Source of the DNA: Antedon mediterranea
Lineage: Eukaryota > Animalia > Echinodermata
DNA length: 64,000 bases
NCBI RefSeq assembly: GCF_964355755.1
Contig: NC_092672.1
Location: forward strand, 32,928,437-32,992,436
Direction: 5' to 3'
Positions 29,992-43,700 of the stretch are shown here, one piece after another; positions within the stretch are counted from its first letter, which is position 1; each line of letters begins with the position of its first letter. The notes below the pieces were generated by a model. It was given only the letters and a program-made list of their open reading frames with translations, did not search any database and was not told the origin of the DNA. Both the position numbers and the translations under genes were made by a program.

Positions 29992-32235
29992 CTATATGAA
30001 TTAATAAGTTTTTAAAAAAAATGTTACTGAGTTAAAAGAAAAAATGAAGTAATAATCTCCACATGTTTACTCCCCATAAATAATTGACACCTCTCCAAAA
30101 TTAACATTTTGTATAATAACTTAATCATTAATGTCCTTTCTTCAGTTTCTCAAAACTGCAGTTTTTTTAAGCCATTTAAAAAAAAATGTTTTAATAATTA
30201 GCAATATTTATCAATATAATAATAATAATAATAAAAAAATAATAAAAAAAACTAAAAAAAAAATAAAATATTTATCAATATATTTAATTAATGCTGTCTA
30301 CAAATACAATTACATTATTCCAGTAAATATCGATATAATACTACGTAACTATCCTACTATTAACTATGCTCAGCAGCAAGTTTTACTCAGGATATTCGGA
30401 TCGGGTGCTTTGGTTGGACAAAGACAAGGGCGACATGCATGGTGCATCACGAACAGACAGTCGCGGTCGTTGTGCAGTTTCCTTGCCTGAAAATTACCAC
30501 TGAATGTTGGCCTAGGGCCTAGCCTTGCTAGAGGCTAGACAAGGCCGTAGCCTAGGCAAACACATAAGTTGTCTTACCTACCATATTGTTTCTAAGTTTA
30601 AATTCGTCAATCCTGAACACGGAATTCAATATTATTTACGCCTTTTGGCCTGTTTAGAATAGAAAGTAAAATATTCATTCAAACGTACATGTTCGATTCC
30701 GAAAAAAAAACCTCCATGCCTCAGTGATTCCGCCCTCTATAGTTTGATTTGCGCGATCGATTTAGGGAATCGATTTTTTTGTATTGGAAATTATCATACA
30801 GATACAAAATAATGATCTGACCGTAAATATTCACCCATCATGCCAATCACTACGGAAATGCCTCTCTTGTGGTGGTGGTGGTGGTCTAAACAAATTGTAC
30901 AAACAACACTTCCGTCCGACCCAACAGAATTTGTTAGTAGGAAATTAATTTCCTATGCCTAGACAAAGAATCGAATTCATTTGTATACTGACGAGGTCAA
31001 CCTGACGATAAAACGCGAATTAGTAGACACAGAAAAATACAATTAGGCCTAACTACCAAATGACAATGGTAATAGCAGGGAGTTGAAAATATAATTATTT
31101 TTTTCACCTCCCTGGTAATAGACTATTCCTTAATCAATTCGATTACGAAGTCATTGAAAAGGCGCAGATCATTCTTGTTCGCAATCATATATAATTGTTT
31201 GCAATATTGAAGAGATGAAAACACTAATAATGAAGAGTCACAACACGAACAATGAATAAATACATAAATAATTATGAAATTACAAACACGATTTTTTAAA
31301 ATTTTAATAAAATTTGAAAAAAAAGTAAGTAATTTTTTATTTTAAATCAGTACTCGTTTTCTACAAGTGGTAAAATGAAGAACTTTAGTAGGCCCACTGA
31401 ACACGTAAACGTAAATTTAAACATTACGGAGAATTTGGGTGTGAGGGACAGCCCGGTGGATACGCATCTGTTTTATATTACTTTCTGTATAAAAACGTTC
31501 AAATTCTAATTACTCAATCAAGCTAATTGTACAAAATAGTTTGATTTTGACGAATTATTATGCGTTTACATTTAAGAACTATTATAGATAACAAAGGCTG
31601 TCCATATTTGTTCTGTAATTATCTCATGAAGTTGTCTTAAACCGTAGAATATGAAGAAATAAATCTCCCATCAATAGATCAATCATCTACTACTGGAAAT
31701 AGAATTAACTGCACAAATCGAACTAAGTAATTGGGTTGTCACGTGATTCAGATCGAGAAGAACAACTTGTGGAGTAGGTAGTTGGAGAAATGCAAATCAT
31801 ATTATATTATAGACCATAGGCCTGTTGTTGGTTTTGTATAACAGTAGGCCTACAATAGGAAGGTTTCGATTTGACATAGGCCATGTATACGCGTTGTAGG
31901 CTATTATTTAATATGTCGAGTAATCGAATGAAGGCGCAACGCAGTGTCCCCACATGCGCACAATAAATTAACATAGCTTAAAAGTAAGTAGTAGTCTATC
32001 CTTCTTAGCTTCATGTACCATGGTATTACATAAATTTGGCATTAGCCTACATATTCGAGAGTTTGTTCCAAAAATTGAGTAGGACGATAAAAATGAAATA
32101 TAGGCAGAATAAATCAACATTCGATATACTATATTATAGTGAACATGGACGTAAGCAACAACCAAGTACAATATATTGCATCCGGATCGTGCTCGTAAAT
32201 TATAATTACCTTTTTTAAAAATGACATCAAAAACA

Positions 32236-32948
32236 TTTATTTTTTTTTTTATTTAATCGGTATAAAAATACTCAAAATACAACTCATAGTTGAAATGAAG
32301 AGCTTACATATGAAAATGATAATTCACATAAACAAAGTTAAACGAAGAAAAAACACATTAAAGCCTATGAAACAGTAATAATTAATGTATAATTCGTTAA
32401 ACTTAAAATTACTATAAAAAATGCACAAATTCTTAAATATATACAATTTTAAAAAATAGAGACTAATATTAATAATCACATTATTTTTATACACCAATAA
32501 AATATATGTAAAATTCATTAAACTAAAAGTACAATAAAAATTGCACAAAATTCAAATTCAAAGGATGATATTAATAATTACAAATTCTTATATTATATTT
32601 ACAAATTTAAAAAATTGAATCTTATAAATCACATTTTTATAGTCCCATAAGTAGTTACAAAACAATACTCTTCGAAATGTCTTTAAAGGTTAATTGTCCA
32701 AATCTATTCATTATTTAAGAGTCCAATAACAGTTGGAATTGTTGATGCAGCAAGTCTTTTAGTCCGACATCGTGGCACATCAAACTTATTAACTTTACGC
32801 AAACACCTTGTCGGCTTTTCTTTTTCAGGGATCCATTCCTTAAAGCGATCCGACTTTAGCAGCCCCTTTCCAAAGTTATAAAGAAGAACCTGACGTCTAT
32901 GCAGCAATGTCTTTAACTTGAGGGTTTCAAGTGATTTTGCGTAACTAA
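32236..32948 (-). mobile_element. 3' end of a CR1/L2-group LINE (ORF2 C-terminus, 3' UTR, A-rich tail)
   Basis: SYAKSLETLKLKTLLHRRQVLL...KFDVPRCRTKRLAASTIPTVIGLLN is the typical post-RT C-terminus; A-rich tail near 32236-32255. Confidence 0.8.
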
Positions 32949-33871
32949 CATAATAAAATAAAAATAAATAATAAATATTTGTGACTAAATGCCATACGTC
33001 CACGGTTGATTGTTCTTGTTCTTTTTCGATCGGTCACGAATAATATAGTAATAATGAAGATGATATTATTATATGAAAGAAATTGTCTGAGGTAATAATA
33101 TGAAATTGCCTGAAACGCATTAGCAATATCTCCATTAAATTCTGAATAATTTCTCCCTTTCAGTTATTTTTTTACATTCATTAAAAACTCAAAATAGCCT
33201 TCATGTATTCAATGTGTACATTAAGGCATGTACGTAACGTAATTAATTAGGCTTTGGCCTCCGCGTTCTTGATTTGCGACGTGTGCCTTAGCTTGATAAT
33301 TTGAAACTCTATTTTTAGACCATTTGTTTTTCTAATTAGGCCTATATGTAAAGTCCGCTTAGACCACCAAATCTATAGGATACTGGACCATTATTTTACT
33401 GACACAAGTTCCACTATAATCGGTTCGAACGTAGATCTAAAGCTCTTATCTATTCACTATCAAAGTTTATGTGACAAAAACATGGTGTGCCCATATATGA
33501 ACATGATGATGCCATATCAATACCATATTTGGGCAAATTGAGTTTAGTTTTTTTTTCAACCGAAGAAACCCATGAACGGAATTTCAGGAAAAAAATCACT
33601 GTTCGAAAATCCATGTGCATTTTTTTAAAGCGAAAGATTATTTAGAGGGTAGGGTCAGTTAATAGGCCTAATGTATTGAGCGATCTCCGTACACAGCGTG
33701 TAAAAACAACTTAGGCCTAAATACGTTTATTTAGTAATATACGATGCTCGCCGCCAGTGGTGTCTAGATTTCTCCAGGAATGTTAGCACATGTATCTACT
33801 ACTAGTAGCATAGACCTAACCTTACATGATACAGGGACCACATGTGATATATATATATATATATACTGTAT

Positions 33872-35100
33872 GTGTGTGCTCTCCTATTGGATTTTAGCAA
33901 AGCGTATGATATGATTGACCACCACATTTTAATTAGAAAGTTAAAGAACATAGGTATCGACGAAGTTCTTGTAGCATGGATTCAAGCTTTTCTTGCAGAT
34001 AGAAAACACAGAGTGAAATTGAAGAATGTCTTCTCACCGTGGCTAAAACCAAACGGAGGAATCCCACAAGGATCATGGCTTGGTCCAATCCTGTTTGTTG
34101 CCTTCATTGATGACCTCCAGGTCGATCTGCCGCTTATGAAATATATGGACGATACCACCTTTTACCAAAGATATAATAAGAACTCCGAGTGCAAAATTCA
34201 AGATAGTATGAACAGCATATTTAAATGGTGCGAAGAAAATGGTATGAAACTGAATGAGAAAAAATCGGTTGAACTGCGCATTACATGTAAGAGAACACCA
34301 ACTGAGTTTGACCCAATCACTGTGAATGGATCTGAAGTCAAGTGTGTTGAGCATGCAAAGTTACTAGGTGTCAATCTTGACCGTAAATTGTCGTGGCAGA
34401 CGCATGTTGACTGTTTAACCAAGCGCGTTGTACCAAGGTTGTTTTTTCTTAAGAAACTCAAGAGGTCTGGCCTAGATAGACTGGAACTGCTCCGATACTA
34501 TCAAGCAGTGATACGACCAGTTCTCGAATATGCCTGTGCTGTTTGGTCTCCGAGTTTATCCAAAGCACAATCTGACCAAATCGAACATGTCCAAAGAAGA
34601 GCGTGTAACATAATATGCCCCGATGGTACCTCGTATGCTGATACCCGCAGATACCTTAACATCATCACTCTATCTGAACGCCGCGAGAAGTTGTCAAGAA
34701 AATTCTTTGATAAAATGAAAAAAGAAGATCATATATTACACTCTCTCTTACCTAAACCTCCCACACACAACCATCAGCTCCGACGCGCGCGTTAGATCGT
34801 TCACCCTCCCCAAAGTCCGGACACAACGAACAAAAAACTTCATTACTTTCCACGGAGTTTTCAATGATTGGTGAATGATCAGTAACTGAGTTATGATAAG
34901 CAAATTGTGAACCTCTATTGGTTTGTGTTACTGGATGTACTATGATGGCCATTGAAAGACTGATTTGTGGACTATGATATATTTTAGTATTACTTGTTTG
35001 GACTGTGTTATACTATGTGTTTACATATTTACTATTATATTTATATCAACTTCATCACTGCTTACTTGATGCAATAAAGGAAATAAATAATAATAATAAT
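33872..35100 (+). mobile_element. 5'-truncated CR1/L2-group LINE (RT domain to 3' UTR)
   Basis: LLDFSKAYD, GIPQGSWLGPILF, KYMDDTT, KLLGV, IRPVLEYACAVWSP motifs. The C-terminus (FTLPKVRTQRTKNF..FNDW*) continues in another frame to 34874; the 3' end is AATAAA plus a (TAA)n tail. Confidence 0.93.
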
Positions 35101-35928
35101 ACCATATATTCCAATTATATTATTGTATTTATGTGGAGATGTACATCACTAAATAGGTAAAAGTGTGGAATAATACTTGTTTAAAGATATAAAACTATTA
35201 TATCCGGGAAACTGTTATATTAAACATTGAAAGAAATATCTTGTCCCCACCAATAAACCCCATCCGAGCCCTCTTCCCCACACGGAAAATAGCAAAAGCT
35301 AGGTAAGATAAACACTTAGAGTTCTTAACGATGAACAATTTCCTATAATTCCGAAGCAGGTACTAAAATAAACATGCAATACGGTACATCACTATTTCCG
35401 GATTGTTGTCTATATTCCACGTAACTGATGGGGACAGGTTAATGAGAGTTTCTGAAAAAAAAAGATATATTGTTTATGGTTGTCATGGGAACAAAATTCG
35501 TTGCGTATGTACAATGCTGAAAGCTGAATAATGAGAAATTAAAATCAGTGAATGCGAAGTGATGAACTACAGAGAGCTATCTACCACGGTTGCGTGAGCA
35601 GTGACCACCATTCGGCAGCAGCAGTAAGTGCAAAAAGTGTCATACAAAAAAGGTAAGAAGATTCCAATTGTTTTATATGCTCCGAAGCTCTATTATTGAT
35701 TCTCAGTGTTTTAAATGATGACATGCTATTACTATAATGTTTTATTTCTATATGATTTTTTTTTTACATTTTGGAGCAAGATCAGTTAATTCTGTTCAGG
35801 CCTGCCTCATGATAACATATGAATAAATAGTATTATAAATAAAAAGATAAAGCTTTCTTTTCTTCATTGTTAAACCTCAACTGTGACTTCCATCCACCCA
35901 CATTTAATATATGTTATGTAAATGTAAA

Positions 35929-35930
<2 letters not shown>

Positions 35931-35983
<53 letters not shown>
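35931..35983. repeat. (AT)n microsatellite
   Basis: About 26 AT units. Confidence 0.95.
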
Positions 35984-35986
<3 letters not shown>

Positions 35987-36389
35987 GAGTGGAAAAAAAT
36001 TAATAAACGAAACGAAATAAAACTACAATGTAGGCCTACTGTTAAGGCCAATTTTAGTACACAGACGAGCGGTAACGGTAATACAAATATAGAAATCTAG
36101 GCCTATATTATATATTTATATATATTCCTTTGAAGGTTTGCATGACGATATCAAATGCATATTGATCGTAACGTCGAGAAACTCAACAGTTCTTTTCAGA
36201 ACTAATATAGGCCTACGTGGTGTACCGCAAACTTTATATATATTATTCCATGACCATTTACACCCAACGCGCTAAAATAGATACAGATTCTACGTCGGAC
36301 AAGCTACGCGGTTTTCCGTTACCTCTTATCTGTGTAAATGTGTCTTTACCTATAATTTCCACCAACATATTATAGGGTATTTCTTCATA

Positions 36390-36600
36390 AAGCTTGGTTC
36401 CCATACTAGAACGCAACGCAACAACGTATTGACACAAAGTGATGTATTACGTAATCACAAGTGGGAACCGACGACCGGCAATATGCTGCAAAAATCGCAG
36501 GTTTTATTTTACACAGGCGGGGGAAAACACAGTGATTAGAAGGGCTATTTCTTACGTTGCGTAGATGGCGTTACGTTGCGTCGCCAGTGGGAACCAAGCT
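36390..36600 (+). mobile_element. Family A MITE, longer subtype, TAA TSD
   Basis: TAA-AGCTTGGTTCCCA...GTGGGAACCAAGCT-TAA with internal CAGGCGGGGGAAAACA; related to copies at 37156, 49455, 58572 and 58872. Confidence 0.85.
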
Positions 36601-36973
36601 TAAAGCTAGTGTAGTGTACATTAGTTAGCGTACATTAAAAGAACGTAAAATATCAAAATCACTACTCTGTGTCTAAAAAACGTCTTTTGTTACATTATAC
36701 ATTAGAAATCTATATGGAACATTATACCAACTATAATTAAACCACAGAAAATCAAGAAAAATCATTGTAAAAATACATGTACAGTACAATTATATGCTTT
36801 TATTACAAAATGCTTTTACTAATAATAGTTGCAATCAGATATCAGATATTGTAGAATTAAATTTACGACTATGCTAATACTAACTTCAATTAATAATGTT
36901 TGTTAACCGCAAAGATCAAAGTCTCCACTACTACACGATCCAACAAGAAGAAATAATGTAAAAATAAGCCTAA

Positions 36974-37357
36974 AGCTTGGTTCCCACTAGAACGTAACGC
37001 AAGTACGTAAACACAACGTAAGCGTGTTGACCAATGACAAGCGAAGTTATAGACAGTTAGCAATCACAAGCGAATAAGCCATCGCTTGTGATTGGTCAAT
37101 TCACTTGCGTTGCGTTACGTCCTTGCGTTGCGTCGCTAGTGGGAACCACGCTTCCAGCTTGGTTCTCACGAAACCTACGCAACGTAAGAAAATTCCCTTC
37201 CGATAAAGGTGTTTGTCCCTGCCTGCGTGAAATCAAATCTGCATGTTTGCAGCACTGGTTGCGTCGTCGGTTCCATTTGTGATTACGCAATTCAGCACTT
37301 TGCGTCCTCAAAACATTGCTGCGTTGCGTTACGTTGCGTCGCTAGTGGGAAAGACGC
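36974..37357. mobile_element. Family A MITE (179 bp, 36974-37152) abutting a longer-subtype copy
   Basis: TIRs AGCTTGGTTCCCACTAG / CTAGTGGGAACCACGCT; near identical to copies at 50473-50651, 51997-52175 and 59141-59319. Confidence 0.9.
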
Positions 37358-37474
37358 TTAAACAATCTGCAATATTGTTTATGTGGTGAGTGTATCTGTG
37401 AGAAGCAAATTACAGTAGAATTTACCTCTTGTGGGAACGAGGGGCAACATATTTCTAACACATACGCAAAGTTA

Positions 37475-37625
37475 AGCTCTGTCTACACTATCACACTTCA
37501 TGTGACAAATGAATGTGATGTGCCCATATGGACACAATGATGTCATATTACTACCATATTTGGACACATCACCACCATATTTGGGCACATCATTGTCAAA
37601 CTAGTTTGATAGTGTAGACAGAGCT
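37475..37625 (+). mobile_element. MITE family B, TTA TSD
   Basis: TTA-AGCTCTGTCTACAC...GTGTAGACAGAGCT-TTA. Confidence 0.88.
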
Positions 37626-40600
37626 TTAGGATGACTGGTGCGTTTGATACTCAAGGATAAAAGGTCTACCATATTACATTATTCTAAATCGAAGTGCACC
37701 AAAAACCACCGAGAATACAAAATAACGATTTGTAGATTTTTGTAGCAAAGTTGAATACTTATATAAACATACGGAAAAGTAAACGATCGTTTTGTAAGGT
37801 CAATTTTGACATTGATGAATGGTTTGACATTTATACTTTTATTTTCAGTAAAGCATTTTATTTGGTCTGTGTAAACCTCATTTATTATCATAAGAAACGA
37901 TTGATTTGATAGAATTGATTAGAAAAAACAATTTTAACGTAAAAAAACAATGTTAACGTAATACATGGATTTTATGTAAATATTGATCCTTCTCTTTCCC
38001 CAAACAAATTAAAATCGTTATCTATGTATTAATTATGTAAATAATTTATCAAACTTATTATCGAAATATCTATTATAAATGTTACAAATTAATATAGAAT
38101 TCGACCATGACGATACAATATGCTCTGCCTGAACTATATCAAACTTTTTCTTTTCTTTTATTACTAAATATATAAATATAAATAATAATATAAATATATT
38201 CATTTCATAATATTCATAACTTAACATATAAAGTCTTCTTTTAAAAATGTTCTTAACACATTCACTTAGCGAATTAATTTCTTAGCGTATTCATTTTCTT
38301 ATAAATTATTAATTTCTTAACATAATCATTTTAGCTTACCTTTCTTAACACAATTGAAATTTTTGCATATTTATTACTTAACATAATCATATTTTAGCAT
38401 ATTCATTTCTTAAGCAAAATCATGTTAGCATATACAATGCTTAACGCAATTCATATTCTAGCATATTCATTTCTACTATCAAACTTTATGTGACAAACAA
38501 TTGGATGTGTCCATATAATGGACATCATGATATTATATCACCATATTTAAGCAATTACTAACTACCATATAAGGGGAAATCGCACCTTTTTTCAAACTAG
38601 GTTGATAGTGTAGATAGAACTTAAAGAAACTAGTGCGTTTCATTTGGTTTGACATTTCAAACTGATAGTTTCAAAGGACATATAGCTTGGGTTTACTTAA
38701 TTAGCCCAACAATGCTAATGTTATTTTTTTATTTATTTTTTAATTTTTTTTATTTTATCATATAATACATTACAAAGGAAAAACATAATCAAATAAAAAA
38801 TTAAAATAAAAAGCAACAAACAAAAACAACAAAGATATCCATCTAACAAATTAAATAAAGGTTCATAAAAATTATTCTACTCTCTAACCATTTCATATTT
38901 GATTTATAAATTCTTCTAATTTTATCCATTTTCTATTAAAAATACTGTCCTCAAAATTTTCTGTTTCTGTTTCATAAAACCTTTTTAACTCGTTCATAAC
39001 CATTTGCTAATGTTATGTTGACTGCAAGTTAATCTTATAGACTGAATATGCTTGTTTTATTTTGTAGTAAAAATTAATGATATGATAACAATAAAAATAT
39101 GCGACAACGCAGGATCTGAAAGATATATAATTATATCTATATTAACTATCAAATCAAACATTTTTTTTCTCATTTAAACGGGAAAAATTTCCCTGGAGGA
39201 TTTCCTTTAATAATGGTATTTACTTAGGAGATTAATTTTATTTTTTATTTTAAGGTTGTTTTTTTTCTTGTAATTGGTGAATATTTTCACATCACACATT
39301 ACGAATTCCGGTTTATTTAACGTTAAACCTGAATAAGTAATAGACTAAAATAATGACAGTCAAGAGATTCCATTATCTTACTAAATTCAGACGAACATTT
39401 AAAATTATTAAGATGATTAACAATTTTCTATTATTGTTTTTGCCTTGTTTTGTCTCACGAATTTCTAATTTTAAATATTTTATTATTTTTCTCTTGATTG
39501 AAATGATTGTTATATGAGTACGGTATCATGTCTAAAGAGAATCTGCAGTTCCTTGTCTCCTGAATACTAACTTTTCCTACATTTCCACCATCTCCTCTTT
39601 TTAAAATACGTGATGTCAATGCTTTTCGACAAGCCAGTTTATTGGCTGAATGGTAAGTAAGGCAATCTAACGACAAGACACTGAGCTCTGCTTGCCAAGA
39701 TAGGAACTCGTAACAGTCCTTTGATCTTATGTCTGGCTGCGACAAATACCCAAAGTACTGTACTATGTACACATTCTCCGCGGTGCCTGTTTAAGGCAAG
39801 TGGAACTGATCGTGTTGCAGCCACAGATAAAATCTTTGATCTCCGGAGCTATCATATTGTTAGATTACCTTGGTTAGTGCAAGCTTACGTAAGAGAGATA
39901 AACATTATTTAGAGGTTCAGTTAGTATTAGGTGATTGACTTGCAATAGTGGCATATGTGTTTTATGGATGGGAATGTTACCTCACTTGACACGAAACACA
40001 GCCCTGCAGTTTATAGTCTCTAGACCTGACACCGTAAGAGACGCTTTAATATGTTACTCTAAATATTTACACTGTATCATTGCTGCCTCAATAAAAAGAA
40101 AATTAGATTCTGATTGTAATTAGTTCTCATAAGTTATTAACTTGCAATAAAAAAAAATCGAACGTAAGAAACAATTTGTTGATAAATTGACATAAAGATA
40201 GTATAATACAGTAGTAGTATTGATTCAATTGATTGGCAGAAAATTCACCAATGTTGATACCAATTTTGATAAACAATAGTGTATTGTTTGTTTAGATTTT
40301 ATTTTTGTTGAATAGTTATGTTGCTGAGTGATTCACATTATTTTTTGGATGTTTTTATGTTTTTCAGGAGAGAGCCTTTATTTTATTTTCGGTGTATTTA
40401 ATGTTTTTTACAATAGAAAATTTTCTTCCCCTACCCCGCCATTCGCATGACAAAGACCAAAAAATGCAAACACAAACGGTCTTCTTACAACCATTTTTTT
40501 TTTTTTGTATATTGTTATTGAAAAAATGATCAAAGGAATGAAAGATTCTGATATGATTTGAAACGAAACCACCATACCACAACTTCCAAGTCGATCTTTT

Positions 40601-40749
40601 GTACACATTTTTATATAGGCCTATTCTGTTCTTTTTTGTTGCATCTATACTGGCTACTGAAATATATACCTACCAAATTAAACATAATTTTTATTTATTT
40701 CCTTTTTTTTTATCATGTCCTAATTTTTTTTAAATTTAATTACTTTTAG

Positions 40750-43700
40750 ATGTTTATCAACATTGTGTTCCTTAGCATTATGATTTCCAGTTTTGAATCG
40801 ACAGCCCAGGAAATTGGTAAGTTAAAAAGTATGTTATAAGTTTAAAATGCCGAATATACTGTAGAATCATTGTTCAGTAATTTCGACCAATGAGCGATGA
40901 AGCAGAACGAATGTTGTGAAAAAAGCAAACGTTTTTAAAACTTAGTGCGTTACATGAGCGATGAAGCAGAACGAATGTTGTGAAAACCAAACGTTTTTAA
41001 AACTTGGTGCGCTACATGAGCGATGAAGCAGAACGAATGTTGTGAAAGAAGCAAACGGTTTTAAAACTAAGTGCGCTACATGAGCGATGAAGCAGAACAA
41101 ATGTTGTGAAAGAAGCAAACGGTTTTAAAACTAAGTGTGCTACATGACTGAACGAATGTTGTGAAAAAGCAAACGTTTTTAAAATTTAGTGCGTTACATG
41201 AGCGATGAAGCAGAACGAATGTTGTGAAAAGCAAACGTTTTTTAAACTTAGTGCGTTACATGAGCGATGAAGCAGAACAAATGTTGTGAAAGAAGCAAAC
41301 GTTTTAAAACTTAGTGCGCTACATGACCGATGACGCAGAACGAATGTTGTGAAAGAAGCAAACGTTTTTAAAAGTTAGTGCGCTACATGAGCGATGAAGC
41401 AGAACGAATGTTGTGAAAAGCAAACGTTTTTTAAACTTAGTGCGTTACATGAGCGATGAAGCAGAACGAATGTTGTGAAAGAAGCAAACGTTTTTAAAAC
41501 TTAGTGCGCTACATGACCGATGAAGCAGAACGAATGTTGTGAAAGAAGCAAACGTTTTTAAAAGTTAGTGCGCTACATGACCGATGAAGCAGAACGAATG
41601 TTGTGAAAGAAGCAAACGTTTTTAAAAGTTAGTGCGCTACATGAGCGATGAAGCAGAACGAATGTTGTGAAAGAAGCAAACGTTTTTAAAACTTAGTGCG
41701 CCACACGAGCGATGAAGCAGAACGAATGTTGTGAAAGAAGCAAACGTTTTTAAAAGTTAGTGCGCTACACGAGCGATGAAGCAGAACGAATGTTGTGAAA
41801 GAAGCAAACGTTTTTAAAAGTAAGTGCGCTACATGACTGAACGAATGTTGTGAAAAAGCAAACGTTTTTAAAAGTTAGTGCGCTACACGAGCGATGAAGC
41901 AGAACGAATGTTGTGAAAGAAGCAAACGTTTTGCCAACTACAACTTCGTTCGTCTATTTTACACGGGTTAATAAAATAGAGCAATTCTCGTTAAATCGAC
42001 GCTTATAAGTAATATCAGCATAATTTGCTGTCTATCCCTTTTGACAACGAAAACGTCATTTTTAATGTTAATTAAACTAGGTTAATTAAAGATACCAATC
42101 ATCGGAGTTGAATATAATGATTGTGTTCATTATATTAGACGGAGTTCACATTTTCGAGCGGCGTATTATAACCTTTGGTTTTGGAACGCCCGATAGATCA
42201 CTAATTGAGTACCCCTAATAATGAGCAATTTATTTCCAAAACAAAAGATCTTAAAAGCTAGTCTTCGAATTCATTAGGCATATTTCTCCTTTGTTTTGTC
42301 TACAATCAAATCTCCTTGTATGTGTAATACTACAACATTTTAAGAGTTTAAGAACAAACAAATAAAGATAAATATTTGAAAACCTTACTTTAAATGTGTT
42401 GTTGCTGCTTGTCAGAAATGTTGTTGGAAATGAAATCATAGCAAAAAATTAAATAACCTTGCACAAATCAACAAATCATGAGGAACAACATCTATGCATA
42501 TTTCAATTTTTTTGTTTAATGTAAAAAAAAATCATAGGCTATCAATGTGCAGGCAAAATTAAACGTTAACAATAAAACACTAAAGTGTACTAAATTAGTA
42601 ATTATGGTTGGTACTGCTGTATTTTGAATTTATAGATATATCAACAACCAATCGTATTCAACTACAGTTACTGCAGTTATATATGTGTTAAGTTAAATAT
42701 GTATTGTCTCCCTGCTGAACAAATAAATCTTAAACATTTTTATTGTTGAATATGCCATTTCAATGTCACATTAATTATCCAGTTTTACCGAAAATTGGAT
42801 CGGAAAACAACTAATTACCTTAAAAATACTGTAATTTAAAGCAAAAAATAGTCAAATTGGCTGCCAGACAATGAGGGTTTGGTTGAATGTTACCATTTAT
42901 TTTGTCACTGTATTAGTGAAAACAATTTTTTTTTTATAGAAGTGATTACCTTTATTAAAAATACAAAATAACCTATTCAAAGTCTGATTTAATTAATCTT
43001 CATTTTTTATGTTTTTGATGGACAATACATCTTTAATATTATTTCATCTTTTTATAGATATCCTTCCATTTGTCCCGCCATCCACGTGTTACACTTGTGA
43101 AGGCGAAACGAATAATACGGCTTGTAACGCAAATAACGTCACAAACTGTGGTGTAGGAGAGGTAGGTAGTGTTGTTTTATGAACTACCGTACTATAAAGG
43201 TTTCGGAGCAGTAATGCTTGATTCCCACTAGAGACGCAAATCAAGGACGTAACGCAAAGCAAATAATTCACAAGCTATAGATTATTCGAACTGTTGGTTA
43301 ACATTAGTTAACACGTTTGCGTTTACGTCCTTGGGTTACGTTCTAGTGGGTACCACGCTTTAAGCTTGGTTGTCACTAGGAACGTAACGCAAGGACGTAA
43401 ACGCAACGCAAGCGTTTTAACCAATGACAAGCGAAGTTATAGACAGCAATCACAAGCGAATAAGCCATCGCTTGTGATTAGTCAATTCACTTGCGTTGTA
43501 TTACGTCCTTGTGTTGCGTCGCTAGTGGGAACCACGCTTTAAGGCGCTACGTAGCAGCAGGTATCGGAATATTGAGATAAAGAGATGTCTCTATTTGCCC
43601 TATCAGACAACACCCTAACTCCCAAGAGTCCTCTTCGAGGGAATTGGTGTACTCTTAATTTAATGCAAATTCACTGGTATAACCCAAGCCAGCCTACTAA

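Noticed and set aside
30988-31030. CTGACGAGGTCAACCTGACGATAAAAC hammerhead-like motif (similar weak cases at 23559 and 19339)
   Set aside because: Core deviates (no GAAA after stem II, or CTGATAG) and stems I and III do not pair.
40890-41932. CRISPR-like regular array
   Set aside because: Units are contiguous with no unique spacers, there are no cas genes, and it lies in a eukaryotic intron.
42636-42686. Possible extra phase 1-1 exon of the LU-7TM gene
   Set aside because: Weak donor and not needed for frame; unsupported without RNA data.
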